Source of the DNA: Planctomycetales bacterium | GTDB lineage: Bacteria > 4484-113 | DNA length: 64,000 nucleotides | Reading direction: 5' to 3' | NCBI GenBank assembly: GCA_037441675.1 | Contig: JBBIRS010000001.1 | Coordinates: forward strand, 320,001-384,000 | In this document: in pieces, positions 21,801-31,289 of the stretch | How positions within the stretch are numbered: the stretch's first letter is position 1 | Layout: each line of letters starts with the position of its first letter | Translations under genes and position numbers: made by a program | The notes under the pieces: generated by a model | The model's input: the letters and a program-made list of their open reading frames with translations, nothing else | What the model was told of the DNA's origin: nothing | Databases searched by the model: none

Positions 21801-22391
21801 CATTCTCTTCTCAAAATCTAATTCCTCCACTAGAAACTGAAGCCCAGAGAAGTTCCATACACCGTAGGCTCTCAGCTTTGCATAAAGTGTAAGAATGGCA
21901 TTTTCAAGAGTTGATGAATACTCGTATCTCGTAAAGTAAGAGTTATAGTGAAGGAGCCTGATAAGAGCGCTACTTCCCGCGTTAGCGTTTCCATACTTAT
22001 CTCGGAAAATGTGCATCAGGATATATCGTTGCAGGCGAACCGCCTCGCTTTCCTCAAGGATTGCGAAGTCGGGCTCAACACCTGCGAGGAATGCTTTTTC
22101 CGAAAGCTCTCTTCTATAAAAAGCATCAATGGTTGAAACTCTTATAGCTTGAGCAAGTTTAAGTCCCCTTTTGCCTAGCTGAGTGAGAAGGCTCTTAGAA
22201 ATCTTCTCCCTCATTTCCTCTGCTGCATTTTCTGTAAAGGTGATCGCGAGAATTCTATCCGCATCAAAGTTAAGCGCCACAAGCGTCTCGTAAAAATCTT
22301 TTGTCAAAGAAGTGGTTTTTCCAGTGCCCGCGCTGGATAGAAAAATTATTGGCTTTTGGATAATTTTCTCTATGTTTAACTCTTTACCCAT
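18873..22391 (-). CDS. addA: AddA-like UvrD helicase / PD-(D/E)XK nuclease
   Basis: 'AGTGKT', 'AITFT', 'DEFQD', 'VGDPKQSIFGFR', 'NYRS', 'TVHAAKGL', 'LLYVALTRA', nuclease 'GKADL...VDYKT'. Confidence 0.88.
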   Translation of the reverse strand: MGKELNIEKIIQKPIIFLSSAGTGKTTSLTKDFYETLVALNFDADRILAITFTENAAEEMREKISKSLLTQLGKRGLKLAQAIRVSTIDAFYRRELSEKAFLAGVEPDFAILEESEAVRLQRYILMHIFRDKYGNANAGSSALIRLLHYNSYFTRYEYSSTLENAILTLYAKLRAYGVWNFSGLQFLVEELDFEKRMDDLCKFCQELMELNPEEMTTEFSRDVLRNVQSKIIDFTRNIKTLRADEETFYRLIEILDSFNLKGSEQLRKILKPLQEKICLALSAIVSAEDPAISGEVIALLAELEKRYTERKEGLNSLDFADLGIKFFRLVSENENVSKAYKSRFKKIFVDEFQDFNPLQIKTLNLISNACAQYLVGDPKQSIFGFRYANPRGMLLKKQEYQESGGTLIHLTKNYRSRPEILEFVNLFFRDVICRENENALGFEYDPLESGSSFAKKAEKSVTIFYHPQTEERLSGSELVELEAKQVANLIKEKVEGGGIFTTKDNKRRPLSYGDFAVILRRSKYLPLFERALSESIIPFVSEMGRGFLETSEVRAIFTFLKFLLTPEQDDFCAEVLRSDIVGISTNSLYEVFSRLEQESASPKGAIIDLLVREPQIVSSEADRLALLEFINWLTDLNYRIPRMNPCEVLEAVISASRLREKICAYANTYRPELNLEKLLHIATSIDGYGLTGIYRFAKELEELQYQAFPVGQMWMAEEGFVRLLTVHAAKGLTFGAVVIADVNFESPQRENPLICLQNSYGQYEFGINHSLATIGKSLLRGRAHILEPQYDSVRKKIELQEREEELRLLYVALTRAVEYLAIVGIKAFGKSKEDVPWGGFLSQLIAIENDKITPASSFNGILEALPISLENRAQHAEEPSKPSWNELVAINSSSVTDEIRQRANELLKEASFTPDLSRYERYIYSVSEFLSYRESKEGLPKPEQAKVSRSQEFSIELEDFYAYDGAFETRRKLGSLVHSLLAYGIDFILPTYKEGFIEVLFKDESAIQSLLQDEGSGELLPSAKKLVEAFSKTSLFQRLVHSEWRKTETSFLISFGETLFRGKADLIFMEQNRLYLVDYKTDDTSKISLEELTKIYSYQLLFYTYAVSQLLSGFKVEPYLCFLDIPEVRRVEITDEDFASLKVEVDDFIKIMKQAYTSQFLNEARLYKEFYF

Positions 22392-25300
22392 CCCACTTCT
22401 TTTGTTCTATTGTTATATCTATCGGACTAGTGGTCGCTTCAACAAAGTTCGGTTCCACCTCAAAGTATAGATCCCTTCTACAGGTATGAAAATGTGCGCA
22501 TCCATCGCATTCCTGAGTAAAATGTGGCGCGCGAGGAAATTCACCGCTGGTAATTCTTGCAATTGTCTCTGAAATTGCTTTCTCAAATTCTTCCCAGATA
22601 TCTCCATCTTGCTTTGAATAAATAAGTATGCGATGCGGGTTTAATTCTCTTAAAAGCAGGTAATTCATCGAGGGTAAAAGCCACTTTCCCCCTTCCTGCG
22701 TCTTCCTTAAGAGGTATAGGTAAACCATAGGCGCAACTTCTACCATCGCTTTCAGCTGTTTAGCCTCATTCTGCCTGAAAGAGCTTTCTCTGCCAGTTTT
22801 GTAATCGTAAACTCTCAGGCTGCCATCCTTGCATCTATCAACGCGGTCCAACTTTCCCTTTAGTTTCACCTCAATGTTAGATAAAAGCTTGAACGAGGTT
22901 GAAACTTCAAGCTCTAAGAACTTTGGTTCTTGATGAGATATACGAAGTCTTTGTAATTCTTTTTTGTGAAAACGCTCAAGGATTTTTGCCCATTCGTTTG
23001 TTACTCTTTCAAGCTCCAAATCAAAAATTCCAAGTAGCCTCTTCCTCTCAACAGTAGCCCTAAGCTTTTCCCTAAGCATCTCTCCCACTGGAAGAGCGGT
23101 TGGGAATTTTGCAAAAGCGTCCCTCAAGGCCTGGTGAACAGCTGTCCCGATTTTTCTTTCGTTTATCAGCTCTTCAATGCTCTCAAGGGGCTCCACATTC
23201 CTAAGTAGGTAGGATGCGAAAAACAGATAGGGGCACAAGCGATAGTTACTAAGGTTGGACGCGCTTAGCGAAGAAATCCGCATCGCAAAGTTATCCAAAG
23301 TAACACTAGGCTTTTCTCGATGGGCGTCACCGATAAGAAAAATCTTCTCAAGCTCGTCTTTACCCGAAATAACCAAAAGCCCGCTGGCTAAGTTTTCATC
23401 AGTGAAGAAGTTACTTGAGCTAATCCTAATTTTCTTTACCGCTTCCCTAAGTGCGCTTCTTCTTGGATGGGGTATGGGTTGAATCCTTTCATATCTTTCC
23501 TTCTTTCCGCTATGTAGAAACAGTGCTTGAACAAACACCGATGGAGCCTGATTTCTGCCCTCAATATCGCGCCTTGCCAGCGTGATAAAAGTTTTCCTCT
23601 TACTCCTCGTAATTGCGGATAAAAATAAGGACTGCTCAAAATCGTAAAGTTCGCTTATACTGGGAATGCTGTATAAGCTCGCCAATCCTGGTAGTGTCTC
23701 CGCGGTAAGATTCGCGGATATTTGACCAGGGTAGTGTGAAGCGTCAGCCTGGGCGATGAATACGTATTGTTTTTGCCACTGTCTCGCGCTGATGGCGTCA
23801 ACTAAATATACGCTTCCCACCGTCTTTTCCGGCGGAAGGTTCAACAGAGCCTCAATCGCTGAATCTACTATTTCAACAAGTCCCTCAAACTTTCTCTTCT
23901 CATCCTTGTACTCCTTTGAAATTATTCCCTCCCGTAAAGAGATTGATAAGATAAGTTTTTTAATATGCGCTAATTCATCCTCTACTAATAACTCTGCATT
24001 TAATTTCCTAACTATCTCAGAAGAATTCAAAAGTGCCTTTGAGATCACTTGAGCGGTTCTTCTAACTGCTTCTGATGGGTTTAAGTGGCGCAAGCTAGCT
24101 ATGCTCTTTCTTTCGCTTTCCAAATTTTTAAGTATATTAACAAGCTCTTCTTCGCCAAGTTCATTTAACGTAAATTCAAAGAGCTCCTCATCTATGAACC
24201 CGCTGTAGCGGTAAATATTTTTGAATAAAGCTTGCTTGTCCTTTGCGAAAAATGGGCCGATGGATGTGAGTAAATTCTCCCTGTTTGTTTCGTTAGGCTC
24301 TGCTAAGTAGTGAATTAAAGCCCGAAGAACCGCAAGGTAAGGCTTATCCCCCTTTCTAGTTACAGGAATAATAATGGGTATCCCGCGTTTTCTGCACTCA
24401 AGTCTAAGAATATCCGTGAATGGCTCTTCCAACCTTCTCGTAATTATCAAAAATTCATCAAGAGGGACTAATTCACGCTGGTGTAGCTCCAAGATTTTGT
24501 CCGCGATAAAGCTTGCCTCTGCGATGTGAGTTCTGTGCAAGCTTACGTTCACATTTTCAATCTCAAAGTCAGATAAAGAAAAGGCCTCATCACTTTGATT
24601 TGCCTTCCTTTCCATACCTGCCATCTCGTTAAGCAGTGGCACGTGGACGCTCTCAACTTCTGCAATCCTTTCCAGGCTAGCGTCGATTTTTTCTTTTGCC
24701 CACGATAAAAAGCGCCTTGTGGTTTCATCGCCTGGAATATCGAGCAAGCTCATAGCAAAGGTGCTAGCTCTCCGAGAAAGTTCCGTTATTGCCACACGAT
24801 AAAGGTAATAGGCGTCATAGAAGCCATCCAGCAGAAGAACAGATGGAAGGCGAATGGCATCCCCCTTCCCTTGCTCACAAATTAGTTTTGCTACTAACTT
24901 CTCCTGAGCGAAAAGACCATCGTAAAGTGAATTTTCAGTTAGAATTTGGAAGTACGCAATAGCCAAGTTATGCAAAAAAGTCTCAAAGGGTGAAAGCCTC
25001 TTCTCAAACACTTCCTCATTCCCACCGGAAGATAACCGCTTCAGGAACAAACCGCTGTGGCGAAGGCTGATGATAATTTTCCGAAGATAAGCGTAGTTTC
25101 TAGCGGATAATTTGATGTTAAGTTCGCGGGGAATATCTACTCGCTTGAGTGCTTCTTGGATAAGCAAGGTTTCTTCAGCAATATTTAGGCATCTTCCCGA
25201 AACGACTAGGTTCTTTTCCGCTAAAGTGTGCAGAAATTCGGGTAGCGCGGAAATCTCATCCTCAAAAATAACCTTCGTGGGAGATTTTCGCGCAAGCAAG

Positions 25301-25452
25301 GCTCTCAGGTATTCCCGCTCAGTGACATCTGGAACGATAAAAGCTCGCTCGCCGAATGGATTATCAGCCAGGTGGCTTAGAAATAAGTCCACAAGTTTCT
25401 GCGTCTTTCCGCTCTGGGGTGGACCTACTAAAAGAATCTTTCTTTCTTTCAT
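22384..25452 (-). CDS. addB: AddB-like inactive helicase / PD-(D/E)XK nuclease with Fe-S staple
   Basis: 'GPPQSGKT', 'YRLCPY', 'GKLDRVD', 'DYKTG', C-terminal 'CDGCAHFHTC'; overlaps the addA start. Confidence 0.82.
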   Translation of the reverse strand: MKERKILLVGPPQSGKTQKLVDLFLSHLADNPFGERAFIVPDVTEREYLRALLARKSPTKVIFEDEISALPEFLHTLAEKNLVVSGRCLNIAEETLLIQEALKRVDIPRELNIKLSARNYAYLRKIIISLRHSGLFLKRLSSGGNEEVFEKRLSPFETFLHNLAIAYFQILTENSLYDGLFAQEKLVAKLICEQGKGDAIRLPSVLLLDGFYDAYYLYRVAITELSRRASTFAMSLLDIPGDETTRRFLSWAKEKIDASLERIAEVESVHVPLLNEMAGMERKANQSDEAFSLSDFEIENVNVSLHRTHIAEASFIADKILELHQRELVPLDEFLIITRRLEEPFTDILRLECRKRGIPIIIPVTRKGDKPYLAVLRALIHYLAEPNETNRENLLTSIGPFFAKDKQALFKNIYRYSGFIDEELFEFTLNELGEEELVNILKNLESERKSIASLRHLNPSEAVRRTAQVISKALLNSSEIVRKLNAELLVEDELAHIKKLILSISLREGIISKEYKDEKRKFEGLVEIVDSAIEALLNLPPEKTVGSVYLVDAISARQWQKQYVFIAQADASHYPGQISANLTAETLPGLASLYSIPSISELYDFEQSLFLSAITRSKRKTFITLARRDIEGRNQAPSVFVQALFLHSGKKERYERIQPIPHPRRSALREAVKKIRISSSNFFTDENLASGLLVISGKDELEKIFLIGDAHREKPSVTLDNFAMRISSLSASNLSNYRLCPYLFFASYLLRNVEPLESIEELINERKIGTAVHQALRDAFAKFPTALPVGEMLREKLRATVERKRLLGIFDLELERVTNEWAKILERFHKKELQRLRISHQEPKFLELEVSTSFKLLSNIEVKLKGKLDRVDRCKDGSLRVYDYKTGRESSFRQNEAKQLKAMVEVAPMVYLYLLRKTQEGGKWLLPSMNYLLLRELNPHRILIYSKQDGDIWEEFEKAISETIARITSGEFPRAPHFTQECDGCAHFHTCRRDLYFEVEPNFVEATTSPIDITIEQKKWDG

Positions 25453-25498
25453 ACCAGAATCTAGTTGCTATAATACCAGTTAAATCCTTTGAGAGTTC

Positions 25499-28000
25499 TT
25501 GATAAATCAAATGATTGAGTACGATTCTGCAAAAATTGAAGCTAAATGGCAAAGGAGATGGGCACAAGCCAATGCCTTTTGCGCGAAGGATTTTGATGCT
25601 GAAAGAAAAAAGCGGTACGTGCTGGTGATGTTTCCCTATCCCAGCGGAGACCTCCATATGGGTCACCTTAGAAACTACACCATTGGCGACGTAGTGGCTC
25701 GCTATTATAGAATGCTTGGTTATAACGTTCTCAATCCAATGGGATTTGATGCATTTGGGCTTCCTGCGGAACAAGCTGCAATTGACCGTCAAGTTCATCC
25801 AAGGGATTGGACAAACGAAGCGATAAAAACCCATAAACGCCAGTTGGAACAGGCTGGCTTTTCCTACGACTGGGCTCGAATGGTCAACACAAGTTCCCCC
25901 GATTACTACAAGTTTACTCAATGGATTTTCCTGAAGCTTTTTGAGATGGGTCTTGTTTACAGGAGAGAGGCGCCAGTTAATTGGTGCGAGGAGCATGGAG
26001 TATTGGCGGATGAGGAAGCGCCTGAGGGCAGATGCTGGCGTTGTGGAGAAATTGTTCATGCTAAGATGCTCTCACAGTGGTTTATTAAAACTACCGAGTT
26101 TGCCGATGAACTCCTTCGTGGCATTGAAGCTCTCAACGAATGGCCTGAACGAGTTAGAGTTATGCAGAGAAATTGGATCGGTAGAAGCATGGGGACTGAG
26201 GTGAAATTTTATATTCCCGCAATTAACAAATCCGTTGAAGTTTTCACAACAAGGGCAGATACTTTATTTGGCGTAACTTTTCTTGCCTTTGCGCCCGAGC
26301 ATAATCTAGCTGAAGAGCTTGCAAAAATTGGCGGGAAATTGGACGAGTTCACCTCATTTCGTGAAGCTGTTAATAAAGTTTCAACCATTGAACGCTTTGC
26401 TGAAGAAAAGGAAAAGTCTGGCATCTATCTTGGTCTCAACGCAGTTCATCCTTTAACAGGCGAAGAGATTCCTCTCTACTGCGCAGATTATGTCCTTATG
26501 GAATACGGAACAGGTGTGGTTATGGGCGTTCCAGCGCACGATACAAGAGATTTCCTTTTCGCCAAGAAGTATGAACTGCCGATAATTAAAGTAATTGAAC
26601 GAAACGAAGATTCCTCCAATGAGGGTGAGGCAGAACTTCCCTACACAGGTTATGGAGTGATGGTTAATTCAAACGAATTCAGCGGAAAGAAAAGCGAGGA
26701 AGGAATACGTGAATTGAACACTCTGATTGAGAGTAAGGGGCTTGGGGGTGCGAAGGTTCAGTATCGCATGCGTGACTGGCTGGTGTCACGCCAAAGATAC
26801 TGGGGGGTGCCCATTCCAATTGTCTGGTGCGACAATTGTGGAGCGGTCCCTGAAAAGTATGATAATCTCCCGGTTATTCTTCCTGAAAATGTTGAATTCA
26901 CCGCAACACCATCCGGTAGACTCGCTACAAATCCAGATTTTGTTCGGACCGTCTGTCCCAACTGCGGAAGAAGCGCCAAAAGAGAAACCGACACTATGAG
27001 CACCTTCGTGGATAGCGCCTGGTACTTCCTCCGTTACTGTGACCCAAAAAGCGAAAAAGAACCATTCAGAAAGGAACTCGTTGACTATTGGATGCCGGTG
27101 GACGAGTACATTGGCGGTATAGAACACGCGGTGGGGCATCTCCTCTACTCAAGATTTATCTGTTACGCTCTTAACCGCGCGGGAGTTATTAGCTTCAAGG
27201 AGCCCTTTAGAAGGCTCTTCACCCAGGGAATGCTCTACAAGGATGGCGCAAAGATGAGCAAGAGCAAGGGCAATGTGGTGAGCGTAGACCATTTTCTTCA
27301 GAAGTACGGTTCAGACACCGCCCGAATGATTAGCCTCTTTTGGGGTCCACCGGAGCGAGATGTAGAATGGCAGGAAGGTGGCGTTGAGGGTTGCTTTAGG
27401 TTTATTAAACGTCTTTTCAACTTTTTTGTAAGCACCTGGGATTATGTAAAAGATGCAACTTCTGTTAACTTAGAAAATCCAAGCGATCAGGAGAAAGAGT
27501 TTCTCCATATTATTCATAGCGGAATTTACGACGTTACTGAGACTCTAAACAACTGGCACTTCAACACTACGGTGAGTTCGCTAATGATACTTTTCAATCG
27601 GCTCTCGGACGCATGGGGCAAGCTCTCCGATAAGCAGAAAGGCTTAATGTCACTCCGTTTCTTGCTTAAAGAAGCTCTTTTGACCCTGCTCAAACTTCTA
27701 AGTCCGATAAGCCCTCATGTTGCGGAGGAGCTGTGGGAATTTTCTGGCCAATCGGGTTTTGTAATGCACGCAGAATGGCCAAAGTACGACGAGAGGTTCC
27801 TCAAGAGAGCGGAGATAGAGTACGGCATTAGCATTAATGGCAAGCCAAGAAGCACCATCACCGTTCAGTTGGGTACCGACTTGGAGGATGTCCGCAGGCT
27901 GGCGCTGGAAGAACCCAAAGTCAAGAGCCTAGTCGCAGGCAAAAAAGTAATTCGCGTGATTGTTGTTCCTGATAGGCTTGTCAACATTGTTGTCCGTTGA
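25499..28000 (+). CDS. leuS: Leucine--tRNA ligase
   Basis: 'MFPYPSG..HMGH', 'MQRNWIG', 'GTGVVMGVPAHD', 'SRQRYWG', 'KMSKS'. Start may be the ATG at 25511. Confidence 0.98.
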   Translation: MINQMIEYDSAKIEAKWQRRWAQANAFCAKDFDAERKKRYVLVMFPYPSGDLHMGHLRNYTIGDVVARYYRMLGYNVLNPMGFDAFGLPAEQAAIDRQVHPRDWTNEAIKTHKRQLEQAGFSYDWARMVNTSSPDYYKFTQWIFLKLFEMGLVYRREAPVNWCEEHGVLADEEAPEGRCWRCGEIVHAKMLSQWFIKTTEFADELLRGIEALNEWPERVRVMQRNWIGRSMGTEVKFYIPAINKSVEVFTTRADTLFGVTFLAFAPEHNLAEELAKIGGKLDEFTSFREAVNKVSTIERFAEEKEKSGIYLGLNAVHPLTGEEIPLYCADYVLMEYGTGVVMGVPAHDTRDFLFAKKYELPIIKVIERNEDSSNEGEAELPYTGYGVMVNSNEFSGKKSEEGIRELNTLIESKGLGGAKVQYRMRDWLVSRQRYWGVPIPIVWCDNCGAVPEKYDNLPVILPENVEFTATPSGRLATNPDFVRTVCPNCGRSAKRETDTMSTFVDSAWYFLRYCDPKSEKEPFRKELVDYWMPVDEYIGGIEHAVGHLLYSRFICYALNRAGVISFKEPFRRLFTQGMLYKDGAKMSKSKGNVVSVDHFLQKYGSDTARMISLFWGPPERDVEWQEGGVEGCFRFIKRLFNFFVSTWDYVKDATSVNLENPSDQEKEFLHIIHSGIYDVTETLNNWHFNTTVSSLMILFNRLSDAWGKLSDKQKGLMSLRFLLKEALLTLLKLLSPISPHVAEELWEFSGQSGFVMHAEWPKYDERFLKRAEIEYGISINGKPRSTITVQLGTDLEDVRRLALEEPKVKSLVAGKKVIRVIVVPDRLVNIVVR

Positions 28001-28024
28001 GAAGCTTGATGGAGATAGATTGGG

Positions 28025-28531
28025 ATGCTTTTCAGGACGAAAGTATTAGTTTTTGGAGGGTTAGCGGTAGCCATCTTGAGTATTCTCTCTTTGCTGGTAG
28101 CTAACGGAGTAAGACCCACACTGCCACCGCAGAGTGAATTATTTAAGCAGGATGCCGTTAAGTTAGATAATCTCTCCTTTGTCCCCACGGAGAAAAATAC
28201 TCTTCCAACCCTTACGCCTGATGATTCAAAAGTAAAAGAAACATCCTCAGAGAGAAATAATGTCTCAAGTAAAATAAATAAGGCAGGAAGCAAAAGCACG
28301 AAAAAAGGGTCCAAGAAAAAAACAGCGGTTCTAAATTATCCGTTAAACCTGAACCGTGCGACGAAGGAAGAACTGATGCTTCTTCCCGGCATTGGCGAAG
28401 TGCTGGCGCAAAGAATTATTGATGAGAGAGAGAGAAGAGGTGGTTTCAAGAGCATTGACGAACTTTTGGAGCTAAAGGGTATTGGCGAAAAGAAACTCAG
28501 TGAGATTAAGCCTTTGGTTACTCTAAAGTAA
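28025..28531 (+). CDS. ComEA-like DNA-binding protein (membrane anchor plus helix-hairpin-helix)
   Basis: N-terminal TM, then 'LNLNRATKEELMLLPGIGEVLAQRII...FKSIDELLELKGIGEK'. Confidence 0.88.
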   Translation: MLFRTKVLVFGGLAVAILSILSLLVANGVRPTLPPQSELFKQDAVKLDNLSFVPTEKNTLPTLTPDDSKVKETSSERNNVSSKINKAGSKSTKKGSKKKTAVLNYPLNLNRATKEELMLLPGIGEVLAQRIIDERERRGGFKSIDELLELKGIGEKKLSEIKPLVTLK

Positions 28532-28845
28532 TGTCTTTTTACAGATTAACACGTGGCGGATTGGAATTGACGATAAAAGTTAGGCCTGCTTCAAATCGCC
28601 AGGGCATCGAAATCTCTGCAGAGAGGATGATTGTCTCTGTTAAAAGTCAGGCGGAAAAAGGTAAGGCTAACGAAGAGCTTATCAAACTCCTTTCGAATAA
28701 GTTACATATCCCAAGAGATAGAGTGAGAATACTTTCAGGACATTTTTCAAGAGTGAAGAAGCTCCTTATTATTGGCGCAGAGGATAAAATGGTGGAAGAA
28801 TTGCTATCCCATTCCCCTTTTTCCCAAAACCGCAAAACCAAGTAA
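28531..28845 (+). CDS. DUF167/YggU-family protein
   Basis: 'IKVRP', 'GKANEELIKLLS', 'ILSGHFSRVK'. Confidence 0.85.
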   Translation: MSFYRLTRGGLELTIKVRPASNRQGIEISAERMIVSVKSQAEKGKANEELIKLLSNKLHIPRDRVRILSGHFSRVKKLLIIGAEDKMVEELLSHSPFSQNRKTK

Positions 28846-28908
28846 ATAGTTTAATAGACAAATCCTAACTAAACGAGAGAAATAGCTTCAGCAGAGCTTC
28901 CAAACTTC

Positions 28909-29121
28909 TTAATTCTTCACGCTGATTTTAAGCTTCGGTGTTCTGCTGAGAGTTTTGAGAGCTTTAGCTGTAAGCTTAACCTTTCTCCGAACTCCGTTTT
29001 CGTCAATAATTACCGCTGTGCGTAGATTAGGATACCACTTGCGCTTAGTGTGCCTTTGGGAGTGGGAAACATTATGCCCGCTAATTGGCTTCTTGCCGGT
29101 TATTTCACACTTCTTCGCCAT
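28909..29121 (-). CDS. rpmB: 50S ribosomal protein L28
   Basis: '[29 protein letters not shown]'. Confidence 0.96.
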   Translation of the reverse strand: MAKKCEITGKKPISGHNVSHSQRHTKRKWYPNLRTAVIIDENGVRRKVKLTAKALKTLSRTPKLKISVKN

Positions 29122-29344
29122 TTCAATTTATATGCTCAATATTTGTTAAAGCTTATTATACCTTAGAATCTTGAGGGCTATTTTTTAGCACAGCTACTTT
29201 CATTAGTCAAATGTTAGATTTGTAAAATCATATCAAAGGGTTGTGTGACCATTATTGTAAAATGTTTCTTAACTATATTTATAGTTTTTTTTGATCTTTA
29301 GTTTCAGAATTGCTCTAGCTACCTCGTATATAGTATAATATTTT

Positions 29345-30496
29345 TTGCTAAATTGCCATGAAGAAACATTTCGGAGGAAGAATATGGTAAGAATTTTGTC
29401 TTCAAAAATACTTATGTTCAAATTGGTAGCGTTTGTTAGCATTCTGCTTTTTCTCGTTTTGCCCTCTTGCGGTGGCAAGGTTCAACAGCCGCTATTGGTG
29501 CCAAAGGCTGAAAGCGTCTCCACAGCTCAAGACAGTTTAGCCTTACAAATTCCCCTTGATGATACCGCTTCCTGGCACAGCCTGATTGGAAACACAAAAG
29601 AGCTGGATGAGAAGGTTAGATATCTTAGCTTATATCTGGAAGCTCTCCTTGAGGATGCTTCAAAGAGAACGAGCCTTCCCCCAACAACTGCTTCCGGTTA
29701 TGTGTCGGATTTGACTTATCTAGTGAATCTCTCCGGCGATTTTACATTTACTTGGAGCTACATCAACCTAGGGGATTACAATCAAGATGGAGTTGTAAGC
29801 ATCGGAGACGTTCTTCCACTTGCCAGGCATTTCTTTCATACCTCAGAAGCCCGCGGTGGTACTCCCACCGATGCGGAGGACATTGTAATTGATGGAAACC
29901 TGGATGGTGTTATCAACATTGCAGATGTGAAACCTCTCGCGGATAATTTCTTCAGAACCGTTCATGGTTACGTGCTAGAGCAAAGCGTTGATGATAAGAA
30001 CTCATGGACAGAGCTAGGTCGATTTACCAAAGCGGAGCTTTCTCAAGCTGGAACCGGCAGGATTACGATGGCACTTGTGTATGACACGCCCATAGATAAC
30101 TCCTGGTATCGCGTCCGCCCATATCAGGACGGAAATGATACGCTTGGTATTCCTAGCAACGAAGTCCAGTACATCAGAGGAGCGAACGGAATAATACTAA
30201 GGCTTATTACTCCTGCGGAGAGTGGCAATGGGACTGAGGAGAGCCCATATGTCATCAACGTTTCCAGTCCATATGAGTTACGAGTGGAAACGATTCAGGG
30301 TAGCGATGTGAGCGCGTTAGCGGAGATCTCCGCAACGCCTCCTTTCCTAAAGACCATAGCCGAGGAAGTTCCAAGAACCTTGACGGTGGATGATCCTTTT
30401 GCTGGTGAATTTTATATCCAAGCAACCCTATCTGGCGAAACGAATTTTGAAAGCAACGTTCTCTGGTTTACGGTTCAGGGTGGCTTGCCATCCTAG
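29345..30496 (+). CDS. Lipoprotein with a duplicated dockerin/EF-hand-like Ca2+-binding motif
   Basis: Lipobox 'LVLPSC'; 'GDYNQDGVVSIGD' and 'DGNLDGVINIAD'. True start is probably a later Met. Confidence 0.7.
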   Translation: MLNCHEETFRRKNMVRILSSKILMFKLVAFVSILLFLVLPSCGGKVQQPLLVPKAESVSTAQDSLALQIPLDDTASWHSLIGNTKELDEKVRYLSLYLEALLEDASKRTSLPPTTASGYVSDLTYLVNLSGDFTFTWSYINLGDYNQDGVVSIGDVLPLARHFFHTSEARGGTPTDAEDIVIDGNLDGVINIADVKPLADNFFRTVHGYVLEQSVDDKNSWTELGRFTKAELSQAGTGRITMALVYDTPIDNSWYRVRPYQDGNDTLGIPSNEVQYIRGANGIILRLITPAESGNGTEESPYVINVSSPYELRVETIQGSDVSALAEISATPPFLKTIAEEVPRTLTVDDPFAGEFYIQATLSGETNFESNVLWFTVQGGLPS

Positions 30497-30562
30497 TCTC
30501 ATTGCTTAGAAACAAACATATCTTAAGCTAATCACGCAGAAAAAAGTATAGGTTGCTTCGCC

Positions 30563-31216
30563 TCAAGAAGCGCAAGCTATCCTTTCAATATAACCGCACC
30601 AGCTATCCATCCCCTGACCCGTTTTAGCTGACAGGAAAAAGACAGAAGCTCTCGGATTAATGGCGCTTAGATCAGCCTTTACTTTTTCCAAACTGAAATC
30701 GCAGTGTTCAAGCAGATCAATTTTGCTTATGACAACAGCGCCTGCCCCATAGAAGGCGGTTTTATACTTCTCAACCTTATCGCTTCCCTCGGTGACGGAA
30801 AGAATTACTACCCTATAGTTCTCGCCTATGTCCCAAACGCTCGGGCAAACCAGGTTTCCAACGTTTTCAATAAATAAAAGGTTTATACCGCTAAGTTGAA
30901 TCTCATTGAGTGCGCTTTTAACCATCGGCGCGGTAAGATGACAACTTCCCTCCGTGTTGAGTTGAAATGCGATGGCTCCCGCTTTCTCCACGCGCTCAGC
31001 GTCCAACGGTGTGAATAAATCACCCGTGATTACCCCAAAGTTTATCTTGCCCTTCATCAGGCTAATCGTTCTCTCAATTAGTGTGGTTTTTCCACTGCCG
31101 GGTGAACTTATTAAGTTTATTGAAGTAATCTTTAAGTTCTTGAGGTTTTCGCGGATTTCTCTTGCCACTTCGTCGTTTCTTTCAGATATTGCCTTCATTA
31201 TCTTTACTTTGACCAT
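30563..31216 (-). CDS. hypB: Hydrogenase nickel-incorporation GTPase
   Basis: 'SSPGSGKTT', 'GSCHL', 'ENVGNLVCP', 'SVTEGSDK', 'SKIDL', 'SAKTGQG'. Confidence 0.95.
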   Translation of the reverse strand: MVKVKIMKAISERNDEVAREIRENLKNLKITSINLISSPGSGKTTLIERTISLMKGKINFGVITGDLFTPLDAERVEKAGAIAFQLNTEGSCHLTAPMVKSALNEIQLSGINLLFIENVGNLVCPSVWDIGENYRVVILSVTEGSDKVEKYKTAFYGAGAVVISKIDLLEHCDFSLEKVKADLSAINPRASVFFLSAKTGQGMDSWCGYIERIACAS

Positions 31217-31289
31217 TTACGAATCTCCATTCACGTATTAAGCAAAAATAGCTTGGTATTTCGGCGATACACTTACCAAAAATCTCAAA

